Below are positions 47,782-56,937 of a DNA stretch of 64,000 bases, piece by piece (position 1 is the stretch's first letter; the number at the start of each line of letters is the position of its first letter). The stretch lies in the IMG/VR virus record IMGVR_UViG_3300020056_000007; one strand, written 5' to 3'. Made by a program: the position numbers and the translations under genes. Source of the DNA: a virus. The notes beneath the pieces were generated by a model. It was given only the letters and a program-made list of their open reading frames with translations. It made no database searches and was not told the origin of the DNA.

Positions 47782-48781
47782 AAATATAATCCGCTATTTT
47801 TATATGAGTTTCATTATTTGGATGACTATCTCCACCAATAGTATCACTATTAGAATTTATCCAAGTTTTTTTTCTACTAGCATAGTTAGTAAATCTTTGT
47901 TGAATATTATTTTCTATTTCTGTCTGTATAAATTCTAAACCATATTTTTCGCATTTTAACTTAAGTGTTTCTGGTGGATCGCTAAATGTAATATCATTTT
48001 TATTCCATGTTATATTATTAGGTTTATCAATTGGCCAATTTATAAAATTTTTAATTTTATCATAATACATATTGTTAGGTAAATACTCAATTAATTCTTT
48101 TTTTGATTTGTAAGGCCAATTATGTGCATGTAAATTTTTTACAATTGTAAAATTTGTGCGTTTATCACCAGACCTTTCACGGAATGGAATCATTGTTTTA
48201 AAGTTTTCATTTTCTTGAAAATCTCCATTCATCAAATTAAGCTTATCTTGGCTTGTAACTCTCCACCAATTCCAATATAAATTCATCCCTTGAATTTGTA
48301 CATATGGTATATTATAATTTTCACATAAGATTTGAAACATGTAAAAATAGCGTAAAGAATTATGAATCCAATCTTCGTAATTTCCAGGCGACCAATTGTT
48401 GTTACCATGCTTATACGCAGATTTTTTCATTTTTTCTGGTAAATCATTTTTATATTCTGGATTAATCAAATGAGGTTCAGTTTCTTGAGCTTCATAATCA
48501 CGCCTATTTGATTCAGTCCACATATGTATAACTAAACCAATATCTTTATGATCTATATAATTTAATAAATCAAGAGTACGATTATAAATTCCGTTATTTC
48601 CAGAACCACCAATCGCTAGATTAATTAATTTCATATTTAATTTTTTGGCTAAATGAACAGGCCAAGGAGTGTAATTTATACTTTTTAAAAAATTGTGTTT
48701 TGATGATCGATCTTCTAAATTAGTATTGCGGCCATATGTATATGCAGAAAAACTACATCCATTGACAATTAAGTATTTCAT
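47768..48781 (-). CDS. SGNH/GDSL hydrolase-like (esterase/acyltransferase)
   Basis: NGCSFS, NLAIGGSGN, C-terminal DSHPN..H. Confidence 0.7.
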   Translation of the reverse strand: MKYLIVNGCSFSAYTYGRNTNLEDRSSKHNFLKSINYTPWPVHLAKKLNMKLINLAIGGSGNNGIYNRTLDLLNYIDHKDIGLVIHMWTESNRRDYEAQETEPHLINPEYKNDLPEKMKKSAYKHGNNNWSPGNYEDWIHNSLRYFYMFQILCENYNIPYVQIQGMNLYWNWWRVTSQDKLNLMNGDFQENENFKTMIPFRERSGDKRTNFTIVKNLHAHNWPYKSKKELIEYLPNNMYYDKIKNFINWPIDKPNNITWNKNDITFSDPPETLKLKCEKYGLEFIQTEIENNIQQRFTNYASRKKTWINSNSDTIGGDSHPNNETHIKIADYIYENL

Positions 48782-49596
48782 TTCATAACTGCTCCAGCTG
48801 CTACAATATCTAAAATATCTTCTGGAAATCTTTTTTCAATAAACTCTGTACATTTTTTACAGTATTCTTCAAATTCAAATAATTCATAATTCATCATTTT
48901 TTCAATATTTTCTGGTGTAATATCAAATTGTCTAGATCCATTAATTACTTTTTTACTACAATGTCTTAATTTTTTTATTTCAAAATCAATTACCGGAACC
49001 TTTGGAAATGCAGCGCACATTCTTCTATCAAACTCAGGCGCCTGATCTGTTTCAGTCCAATCAGGAGATCTTGAATTAAATTCTTTAAACTGTGTATTTT
49101 CATGATCTAATATACTTAAATCAAAATTTTCTCTGTATTTAAAATAATTTGGTGTCATAATTACTACGTTATAATTATTCAAATTATTTTTTTCAAAAAA
49201 TTCAAAGTTGCCAAGTTTTTCAATTTTATCTTCGTGGAAATCTAAAACTAAATGTTCCATATAATATATAGTTGGATCTTCTAAAACTTCAGAATATCTT
49301 TTACGTACAAATGAATTAGAAAGAATTGATACAACAAATGTATCATACTCTTTTATCATATTAATGACTTCTGTTAAATTTTTAACTAGGCCTGGTTCAC
49401 CGCCCAATATATTAAAAATTATTTTATGCCCTTTAAAACATTCAAGTGTATGTCGTAAAAAATCCATATCAACATGAAGATTTCTCATTTCCAAAGTCCA
49501 TGCTGTACAATAATGACATGACTTATTACAAGATTTTGTTAAATAAAAATCAACTCCTTTATATCCATCTTCAAGTAATTCACGTCTAGTTTTCAT
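48778..49596 (-). CDS. radical SAM protein
   Basis: CNKSCHYC, LGGEPG, extra C-terminal Cys (C...C...CKKC). Confidence 0.9.
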   Translation of the reverse strand: MKTRRELLEDGYKGVDFYLTKSCNKSCHYCTAWTLEMRNLHVDMDFLRHTLECFKGHKIIFNILGGEPGLVKNLTEVINMIKEYDTFVVSILSNSFVRKRYSEVLEDPTIYYMEHLVLDFHEDKIEKLGNFEFFEKNNLNNYNVVIMTPNYFKYRENFDLSILDHENTQFKEFNSRSPDWTETDQAPEFDRRMCAAFPKVPVIDFEIKKLRHCSKKVINGSRQFDITPENIEKMMNYELFEFEEYCKKCTEFIEKRFPEDILDIVAAGAVMK

Positions 49597-49958
49597 GTTG
49601 ATTTAACATATCCTTTTGTTTGCTCAGACTCTAAAAATATTTCTTTTTTATGTTGAGGCGAATTTCTTTTTCTACATACTAAATGGCATAATGGAAATCC
49701 TTTTCCTTTACTTAAATTATTACGAAATTCAATCCATTCTTCTGTTAAAAAGATTTCTTCTACAGAATCATAATCTTCTAATCTACTAGCTAACAATAGT
49801 TGCTGATATTCAAAATTCTGTCTATTTACTTGAGTATCAAGCCAACAACACGGAATAACTTCCATTCTGTTTGTTAAGGCAAAAGCTTCTTGTCGCCTAT
49901 CAAAACATTTAGGATCTAATTCACTATTTTCATCTATATCTGGAATTTCTCTACCCAT
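49593..49958 (-). CDS. stand-alone SPASM/twitch-like Fe-S domain
   Basis: PKC...VIPCCW...C..VC. Confidence 0.65.
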   Translation of the reverse strand: MGREIPDIDENSELDPKCFDRRQEAFALTNRMEVIPCCWLDTQVNRQNFEYQQLLLASRLEDYDSVEEIFLTEEWIEFRNNLSKGKGFPLCHLVCRKRNSPQHKKEIFLESEQTKGYVKST

Positions 49959-50580
49959 CGTGTAAACTCAAGCTATGTTCTTTAGATGGTCTATATGGAT
50001 CATGTTCACCCAGCCATCTTGATGAATTAACTAACATAAATTGTACTCCCGCTTCTTTTGCCATACTATGTGCTTCTTCAATTGTATGTTCATTATAGTT
50101 AAATACAATATATTGCCAAACAGGCAATTGTTCTAAATGATTTTTTGCTTCTTTACAAATTTCAAAAAGTTTTTCACCGTCTTGGTTTATTCTATACTTG
50201 TGAGAATCTTTTGGTAAACCATCTATTCCAAACCACCAACGAGCTCTAGGGTTTGCTTGAAATGCTTTAATATACCATTCCATTTTCTTATAACCAGTTG
50301 CGTGATGTACAGATGTAGATTTTGGTGTTTCAGTATTATAAAAAGAATGAATATGACTTAAAAAGTCTATAAATTTTGGATGATGAACTGGATCTGAAAC
50401 TTGTCCGCAAAAGTTTATATGAGTAAAGTGATCAACTATTTTTTTAAATTCATCAAAAGGTAAATCTTTTCCAGGAACTTTAAGTCCTTTATGAACAAAG
50501 GCAGATTGTCTTTGACACCTTGGACATTCTAAAGGGCACCTATGAGTAATATCAACATTAATATGCCTTCTTTTAAGCAT
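49951..50580 (-). CDS. radical SAM protein
   Basis: CPLECPRC, FCGQVSDP, FGIDG....YR, WQYIVF.YNEH; start uncertain (50580-50622). Confidence 0.9.
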   Translation of the reverse strand: MLKRRHINVDITHRCPLECPRCQRQSAFVHKGLKVPGKDLPFDEFKKIVDHFTHINFCGQVSDPVHHPKFIDFLSHIHSFYNTETPKSTSVHHATGYKKMEWYIKAFQANPRARWWFGIDGLPKDSHKYRINQDGEKLFEICKEAKNHLEQLPVWQYIVFNYNEHTIEEAHSMAKEAGVQFMLVNSSRWLGEHDPYRPSKEHSLSLHDG

Positions 50581-50594
50581 ACGTAATCCATTGT

Positions 50595-51680
50595 TTATAA
50601 TATCGTTTGAATTGTTGAACATATATTTTTCACTTCACTTTCTGTTAACCATGGATTTATTGGCAATGATAAAACTGTATTAGATGCTATTTCAGCATTT
50701 TTTCCTTTACTTTTTCTATATTTTATGTTATTATATAAAGAATTTTTAGATAGAGGTTTATCGTAGTGAATTTGTAATCTAATATCAAATTCACGTAATG
50801 CTTGTATTACCCAATCTCTTGTTTCTTGATCTTCGAACCTTATAACATATTTGTGATAATTATGATCTAAATTTGGATCATAAGCCTTGTCCATAATAAT
50901 TGGTAAACTATTTAATTCATTATTATATATTTTAGCAATTTCTTGTCTTTTATCTTGCCACGATCTCCAATGTGATAATCTAAAAGATATAATTTCAGTA
51001 TTAAGTCTATATGGTTTAGAATTATATCCAACAAATTCGAAATCAGAAATTTTTCCATGACGGCGAAGACCTTTAACATATTCAGCTTTACTTTCTTCAT
51101 CAGTCATAAAAATGCCGCCGCCATTAATTCCAGCAATAACTTTATTAGAATTAAAACTATAAGAGCTACAATTTCCTATAGTTCCAGCTTTTCTACCATT
51201 TAAACTAGATCCTAATGATTGAGCAGAATCTTCAATAAAAACAATATTCTTTTCTTTACAGAATTTTTCTATTTCTGCAGTATCAGTCATATTGCCAAAT
51301 AGATGAGTATAGATTAAAGCTTTAACTTTAGGGCTATACATTTTTTGAATTTCTTTTAATGTTATATGATATGAATTCAAATCAATATCACAAAACACAG
51401 GAGTTGCGCCAACCATGGAAATGCAAGAAGATGAAGAAATCCACGAAAAATTACTTACTAAAACTTCATCACCTGGTCCAACATTGTGTGCTAATAACGA
51501 AAATTTTAATGCATCAGTAGCAGATGCAACTGCAACACAATATTTTCTACCATTAAAACTTGATATATCATTTTCTAATTTTTCTATACCAGTTTCATAA
51601 TTTTCATTCATATTGTCATTAAATATTTTCATATAATGACTAAAATTTGTTACAAATTCTTTATGCCAATTGTCGTACAT
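50595..51680 (-). CDS. DegT/DnrJ/EryC1/StrS PLP-dependent sugar aminotransferase
   Basis: SATDAL, GPGDEV, GATPVFCD, IEDSAQSLG, YSFNSNK, LSLPINP. Confidence 0.93.
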   Translation of the reverse strand: MYDNWHKEFVTNFSHYMKIFNDNMNENYETGIEKLENDISSFNGRKYCVAVASATDALKFSLLAHNVGPGDEVLVSNFSWISSSSCISMVGATPVFCDIDLNSYHITLKEIQKMYSPKVKALIYTHLFGNMTDTAEIEKFCKEKNIVFIEDSAQSLGSSLNGRKAGTIGNCSSYSFNSNKVIAGINGGGIFMTDEESKAEYVKGLRRHGKISDFEFVGYNSKPYRLNTEIISFRLSHWRSWQDKRQEIAKIYNNELNSLPIIMDKAYDPNLDHNYHKYVIRFEDQETRDWVIQALREFDIRLQIHYDKPLSKNSLYNNIKYRKSKGKNAEIASNTVLSLPINPWLTESEVKNICSTIQTIL

Positions 51681-52524
51681 TATCGTATGCTTTCAAAATA
51701 GGATTAAGGTTTTGTTTTTGAAAATCTCTATTCCAATAAACGTATCCTCCATCGTGTAAAGTTTTATCTCTTTCATATATCATATTTATGTTGTAATATC
51801 TACATTCCTGTATAATTCTTGGAGCAGGATCAAATTGTTCTTTACAATAAACATATGTATTAAATGTTCCTAATAAATTTTTTACTGGAGCCCATAAATT
51901 ATTTAAGCTTTTATCAACATAAAAATCATCATATGCTACTATTCCATAATTATCGTAATTATTAATAAGTTTTTGAGCAGTTATATAATAATCTTTATTT
52001 GTTCCAAGGAAAAGATTATCTACTAATATATTTTCAACTGGATCTTGATAAATTTCGAAATTAATTATTTTTTCAAATTGTTCTCCAACTCCTTTTAAAT
52101 ATACTTCGTGATCACATAAATCATATGTTGATTTAACGTTAAAATATTTTAATGCTTCAGTGTATCCATTTACATTTTGTTCTGAATACACTGATATTAT
52201 TATATCAAATAATAAGTGCAATGTAAACCGTTGATTTTCATTATATTCATTTATATTTTCGTATGGAATAGAAAGCATATTTCTACCCAATATAAGAGTC
52301 ACATCTCCTGCATTAGGAATATAATCATTAATATGAATATATTTAACGTAAATATATTTCTCTTTGAGAGAATTAATATAATCCTCTTCTTTAAAATTTC
52401 CTCTAGTAATAATAATTAAATTTGTTTCTATACCGGCTTCATTTAAAGCACAGCAATATTCATAACTATAATATAGTAATCCATCACATGGTTTACTAGT
52501 ACATACAATATTTAAACAACCCAC
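51661..52524 (-). CDS. hypothetical protein (possible GT-B-like fragment)
   Basis: 287 aa within operon; FDPAPRIIQEC weakly like GT-B C-terminal motif. Confidence 0.5.
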   Translation of the reverse strand: MGCLNIVCTSKPCDGLLYYSYEYCCALNEAGIETNLIIITRGNFKEEDYINSLKEKYIYVKYIHINDYIPNAGDVTLILGRNMLSIPYENINEYNENQRFTLHLLFDIIISVYSEQNVNGYTEALKYFNVKSTYDLCDHEVYLKGVGEQFEKIINFEIYQDPVENILVDNLFLGTNKDYYITAQKLINNYDNYGIVAYDDFYVDKSLNNLWAPVKNLLGTFNTYVYCKEQFDPAPRIIQECRYYNINMIYERDKTLHDGGYVYWNRDFQKQNLNPILKAYDNVRQLA

Positions 52525-53129
52525 TTAATAATCTCATCAACATCAGGTTTTTCATGCGCTTCAAGAATTGGAGGAGCAGCTTTATATCCTAATTGCATAC
52601 TAAATAATACGGGCTGTTTTTGTAAAAATTTAAATTCTTCGTCCCATCTTTTATCTTGTAATTGGTCTGGAAAGCATAATAAGTAAGAAACATTAATATC
52701 TTTTTCTATGCATAAACCAGTAAGTAGTTTACAAAACATTCCAATTTCTATAGCTGTTTCCATTTTTTGTTGAGGTCCAGCAAAATTATTTGGATCGCAT
52801 GTTTTATATAATTCCGCGTTTTTTCTCATAGCCTTTGCAATAGATGCGGGTGGGTATACTAATCTTGGAGTAAACATTAACACATATGGGGCTTTTGCAT
52901 TTGTATTATTAAATGAATTTGTATGTGTAGTCATATCATAAAAAGTTTCTTTAAGCTGTTTTTGTTTTGGACCTAAAACATAAACACTATATGGCATTAG
53001 CCTTTGTTTTGAAGCAACCAACTTATATGCTGTTTCAAGTAAAATTTGCACATCAGTTTCAGATGGATATATATCTTGTTGATATATTCTTATCTGTTGT
53101 CTTTTTGAATATACTTTTTCTATTGTCAT
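52512..53129 (-). CDS. nitroreductase-family flavoprotein
   Basis: KRQQIR.Y, LE.A....S.Q...PY.V.V, APYVL, EIGM, LGY. Confidence 0.75.
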   Translation of the reverse strand: MTIEKVYSKRQQIRIYQQDIYPSETDVQILLETAYKLVASKQRLMPYSVYVLGPKQKQLKETFYDMTTHTNSFNNTNAKAPYVLMFTPRLVYPPASIAKAMRKNAELYKTCDPNNFAGPQQKMETAIEIGMFCKLLTGLCIEKDINVSYLLCFPDQLQDKRWDEEFKFLQKQPVLFSMQLGYKAAPPILEAHEKPDVDEIIKWVV

Positions 53130-53860
53130 TTAAACGCCCATTCTTTTTCTTTACACCAAAAACATTTTCCACATGGTTTTGAAAAATAATTTGTTTCTTC
53201 TTCTGAACCTACACACGAACTTGTTAAAGGATATAATGTATCCATAAGTTCATGTTCTTTATAAACATTCGCTACAAACTTCTTATCGATATTTATATAA
53301 GGTTGATATATTGTTTTAAACCATGGCATTTGATTTCTAGTATCTCTACGCCTTTCAGCTAATTCATAAAAATTATTTTTTCTTTGTTCTTCTATTGGAG
53401 GATTACAAGTCATTCCTGTAATCATTAAGGCATTATTCCATTTTTTTCTAAGTTCGTTTTCAAAATGCCTTTTCATTAATATTTTTGTGAGTCCAGATAT
53501 AGAACTAGCTCTTTCAACTTTTTTTCCATCAATAATAACTTTTTCTTCTTCCCATTTTTCTTTAGCAAGATTTCTCCATTCTTTATCATTAATGTCAAAT
53601 TCAAAAACTTCATGCTCTAATATTTTTTGCTTTGGAAATTTTTCTTTCATAAATTGAATAATATCTTTAGCACATAAGTAATCAAATGGGGCCGTTTTGT
53701 CCCAACCGGTATACGGAATAATTTCAATTTCCGGAAAATTATTACAGATTAAATAAAACAATGATGCCGAATCTAAACCTCCCGATAAAGCAAGTAATAC
53801 TTGACTTGGAATTTTTTTATCAAATAAGTCTATTTCTTGGTTTCCATAAGATAATTTCAT
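53126..53860 (-). CDS. QueC-like PP-loop ATP pyrophosphatase
   Basis: LSGGLDSA; T.SC...PCGKCFWCKE zinc motif. Confidence 0.8.
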   Translation of the reverse strand: MKLSYGNQEIDLFDKKIPSQVLLALSGGLDSASLFYLICNNFPEIEIIPYTGWDKTAPFDYLCAKDIIQFMKEKFPKQKILEHEVFEFDINDKEWRNLAKEKWEEEKVIIDGKKVERASSISGLTKILMKRHFENELRKKWNNALMITGMTCNPPIEEQRKNNFYELAERRRDTRNQMPWFKTIYQPYINIDKKFVANVYKEHELMDTLYPLTSSCVGSEEETNYFSKPCGKCFWCKEKEWAFK

Positions 53861-55068
53861 GCTAGCTCCGGATATATTTCAAATAAGTTTGTTTTATATA
53901 GTTCGTCAGTTTTACGAATGTATTGAATAGCTTTATTATATTCATCTTCGTTTCTATCTAATAATAAACTATTATAAACTATTTCGTTATTAATGTACAT
54001 AGGCATCAATTTATTTTTTATTTTATCAGGTAAATTTTTTGGATGAAGTTCTTTTGGATCATCTACTACATATAATCTTTGGTCCAAATTGTTTTCATTA
54101 CACCATTTTTCTAATTCTTTAAATCTTAAAATACTTAAAAGTGATACAGTTGAAAATACTTGCATATGTACATTTTCATATTCTTTTAACAAATTATAAT
54201 TGTACATAATATCTTTCCAAAAAGATCTCCTTCTAATATAATCGTTATATTTTCCAAACCCATCTAAAGAAATATTGATTTGTAGAAACTCAAAATGTTT
54301 TATATAATCTAAAATGCTTTTATTTCCTGATCCTAATATTGTAAGATTAGAATTCATTTCTAATATTATATCTTCTCCACCCCAATCTGATTCTATTACT
54401 TTATCTAAATATTCAAATTGTTTTTTAAGAAGAAATGGCTCTCCTCCTTGTAATACAATTATTCTTGTGTATGGAATAATCTTTTCTATATTATCCAAAA
54501 ATCTATTTTGATTTTCTCCTCCTTTAAAAGGTTGCGGTTTTTCAAATGATACTAATTCATAATAATTATTTTCTCTTGAAGTTTTTTCTCGTACAGATGA
54601 ATTAAATGGATGACACATGTAACAATCTAAATTACAAGTAGTTCCAAATTGTCTAAATTGGAGTATTAAACCATTTTGTCGTAAAGATGGTTTACCATTT
54701 CTATAAAAATCATTGGTGATTTTAATAACTTCATCAATATCATTTATTTTGTTAGATAATTGTATTCTTTCAGAGTTGCCGTGGGTTTTTTCTTGTTCAA
54801 TACATCTTTGACATTGATGCTCTAATATTTTTTTATCTTTATCATCACCCAAACCAAGCGCAGCTCTCCGACAACTTTGATATACATTTCCAAAATACCA
54901 ATCAAGGGGATCCGTGTTTGATACTGTTTCTTTATTTGATCCTCCAACACAGCAAACGGTATATTCTCCAGTTGTGTTTGTGTAAATATGATCAAATAAT
55001 CTTGGACACCACCATGTTTGTTTTCTTAGATAATCTAAACTGCGTTCATTTTTAAGATCATTATTCAT
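53857..55068 (-). CDS. radical SAM protein with N-terminal twitch/SPASM-like Cys cluster
   Basis: CP...VCC...CQRC; CNLDCYMC; GGEPF; SLDG...DYIR. Confidence 0.92.
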   Translation of the reverse strand: MNNDLKNERSLDYLRKQTWWCPRLFDHIYTNTTGEYTVCCVGGSNKETVSNTDPLDWYFGNVYQSCRRAALGLGDDKDKKILEHQCQRCIEQEKTHGNSERIQLSNKINDIDEVIKITNDFYRNGKPSLRQNGLILQFRQFGTTCNLDCYMCHPFNSSVREKTSRENNYYELVSFEKPQPFKGGENQNRFLDNIEKIIPYTRIIVLQGGEPFLLKKQFEYLDKVIESDWGGEDIILEMNSNLTILGSGNKSILDYIKHFEFLQINISLDGFGKYNDYIRRRSFWKDIMYNYNLLKEYENVHMQVFSTVSLLSILRFKELEKWCNENNLDQRLYVVDDPKELHPKNLPDKIKNKLMPMYINNEIVYNSLLLDRNEDEYNKAIQYIRKTDELYKTNLFEIYPELA

Positions 55069-56459
55069 TCATAATATTCTTTCAATTCTGGAAATACATC
55101 GAATAAATGCATTTCCCATTTGGTTCCAATATATGCTTTATCTTGTTTTAGCAAATAATTAAATGTATCTTGAATACTTATATCTGGTTCTGGGTCTTTA
55201 GATAGTGCTGCTTGAATATCTGGCCAATCTTTATATTTTGGTAATAAATTTTCTTTTATTTTATCTGGTAAATTATTAACACGTAAATGTTTTGGTCTTT
55301 CAATCATTGCCCAGTTTATTTGATGAATCTTATCATTTCCCTTACAATAATCAATAACTTCATAAAAACGAAGTACACTTAAAAAAGAAACTAAACCGTT
55401 AAAATCAACATCAATATTAGGATACTTATTACACATATCGATATTATTTTCTAACTCATTCCAATTAGTTCTTCTTCTCATATATTCTATAGATTTTCCG
55501 ATTCCATCAACTGAACCTACCATAGCAATATTTTTAAAATGAGGGACATAATTAAAAAAATTATGTTTACCAGCAACCATTGTAGTAAAATTAGTTTGAT
55601 ATTTTATTCTAATATCTTTAGAATCTCCAGTCTCAACTAAAGCATCTAATAACTCATATTGTTTTTTCATAATTAATGGTTCACCACCAATAATTTTTAT
55701 GCTTCTTATATAAGGTGCTAATTCTACAACCTGTTCAACTATTCCCTTTGTTCTATCTTTACTTACATTTTCGTATATAGCTTTTTTTCTATCGAGAGAT
55801 CCCCAAATTTTTTCATCCCATACACCCTTTTTAGCCATATCCATGCGCATTGATGAATTAGCATGAATACACATATGGCAATCTAAATTACATTCTGATC
55901 CAAAAACTTTTAGTTGAATTTCAAATACTCTATCTTCAAAATCAAATATTCCACTTGCTTTAAACATATCTGCAGATTTTTCTATTCCATCCCAATGTTC
56001 CCAGTCATTAGTATGCATTTTCATACAGTTTGTTCTACGTGATCTTCCATATCTTTTTTCATCATCAACACACCTTTTACATATTTTATTTACTGCTTCA
56101 AAATTAGAGTTTGGATCAAGCATTTCTTCACGAATACTATTCATGTATTCGCTTTCTTCCATCCATTCTCTTAATGAAACATCTTCAACTTTTACACCAG
56201 AATCCGCACCAAAGCAACATGCTTTATAGTTGCCATTAATTTCTGAATATACTTGAGTAAAGGGAATAGAACAAAACCATATTTTTTTGTTCTTAGTCAG
56301 ATTTAATATAGAATTTGGATCTTTTTCTTTATTTTTACCAGTTGGGGAAAGTTTGGCAAACCAAGCTGAAGTATCATATTCTCCGGGTTTTGTTTTATCG
56401 CCTGGACCACCACGCAATAAATTATTCTTCAAAACTTCTTTTTTCACATATATCTCCAT
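55065..56459 (-). CDS. radical SAM protein with N-terminal twitch/SPASM-like Cys cluster
   Basis: CSIPF...ACC...CKRC; CNLDCHMC; GGEPL; SVDG...EYMR. Confidence 0.92.
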   Translation of the reverse strand: MEIYVKKEVLKNNLLRGGPGDKTKPGEYDTSAWFAKLSPTGKNKEKDPNSILNLTKNKKIWFCSIPFTQVYSEINGNYKACCFGADSGVKVEDVSLREWMEESEYMNSIREEMLDPNSNFEAVNKICKRCVDDEKRYGRSRRTNCMKMHTNDWEHWDGIEKSADMFKASGIFDFEDRVFEIQLKVFGSECNLDCHMCIHANSSMRMDMAKKGVWDEKIWGSLDRKKAIYENVSKDRTKGIVEQVVELAPYIRSIKIIGGEPLIMKKQYELLDALVETGDSKDIRIKYQTNFTTMVAGKHNFFNYVPHFKNIAMVGSVDGIGKSIEYMRRRTNWNELENNIDMCNKYPNIDVDFNGLVSFLSVLRFYEVIDYCKGNDKIHQINWAMIERPKHLRVNNLPDKIKENLLPKYKDWPDIQAALSKDPEPDISIQDTFNYLLKQDKAYIGTKWEMHLFDVFPELKEYYE

Positions 56460-56474
56460 AGTAATTACTTTTTT

Positions 56475-56482
56475 TATTTATA
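56475..56482 (-). promoter_or_regulatory. T4-type late promoter driving the radical SAM/carbamoyltransferase operon
   Basis: TATTTATA on + equals TATAAATA on -, 15 nt upstream of the ATG at 56459. Confidence 0.7.
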
Positions 56483-56503
56483 TCATTTACAAAGCGATTT
56501 TTT

Positions 56504-56511
56504 TATAAATA
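56504..56511 (+). promoter_or_regulatory. T4-type late promoter
   Basis: TATAAATA upstream of the 124-aa structural gene. Confidence 0.8.
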
Positions 56512-56562
56512 AAGGTAAAGCGGCAGGGTAGTAATACCGACAAAGAAACAAACGAGGATTTC

Positions 56563-56937
56563 ATGGCCCAATACGAAGAATTTACGATCGACCAAGGCAC
56601 AGATGTGGCCATTGAAATTCATTTAGTTGATGAACAAGGTAATGCTAAAGATCTTACCAACCACACAGTTAAAGCCCAATTAAGAAAAAATTATTCATCA
56701 GCAACCGCAACTGATTTTAATTCTATTATTGCAACTCCACCTACTGATGGTATTGCAACCCTTTCATTAACAAATACAGAAACACAAGCTTTAGATAAAG
56801 GTAGATACGTTTATGACGTTGAACTTTCTTTCTTAGATAGTGATAATCAACCAGTAATTGAAAGAATCCTTGAAGGTAGAGTTCAAGTTACTCCTGGTGT
56901 AACAACGCTTGATCATAGTGGCGGAGGAGTTAACTAA
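56563..56937 (+). CDS. small virion structural protein (BppU-N-like fibre adaptor)
   Basis: IDQGTD......DLT.....AQLRK.Y.S...G...LSL....T..L..GRYVYDVE...RILEG...VTPGVT. Confidence 0.75.
   Translation: MAQYEEFTIDQGTDVAIEIHLVDEQGNAKDLTNHTVKAQLRKNYSSATATDFNSIIATPPTDGIATLSLTNTETQALDKGRYVYDVELSFLDSDNQPVIERILEGRVQVTPGVTTLDHSGGGVN

Noticed and set aside
48778-53860. 7-deazaguanine DNA modification pathway (queC plus queE)
   Set aside because: No FolE, QueD or DpdA in the window, and the rSAMs do not look like QueE. Cannot be excluded genome-wide.
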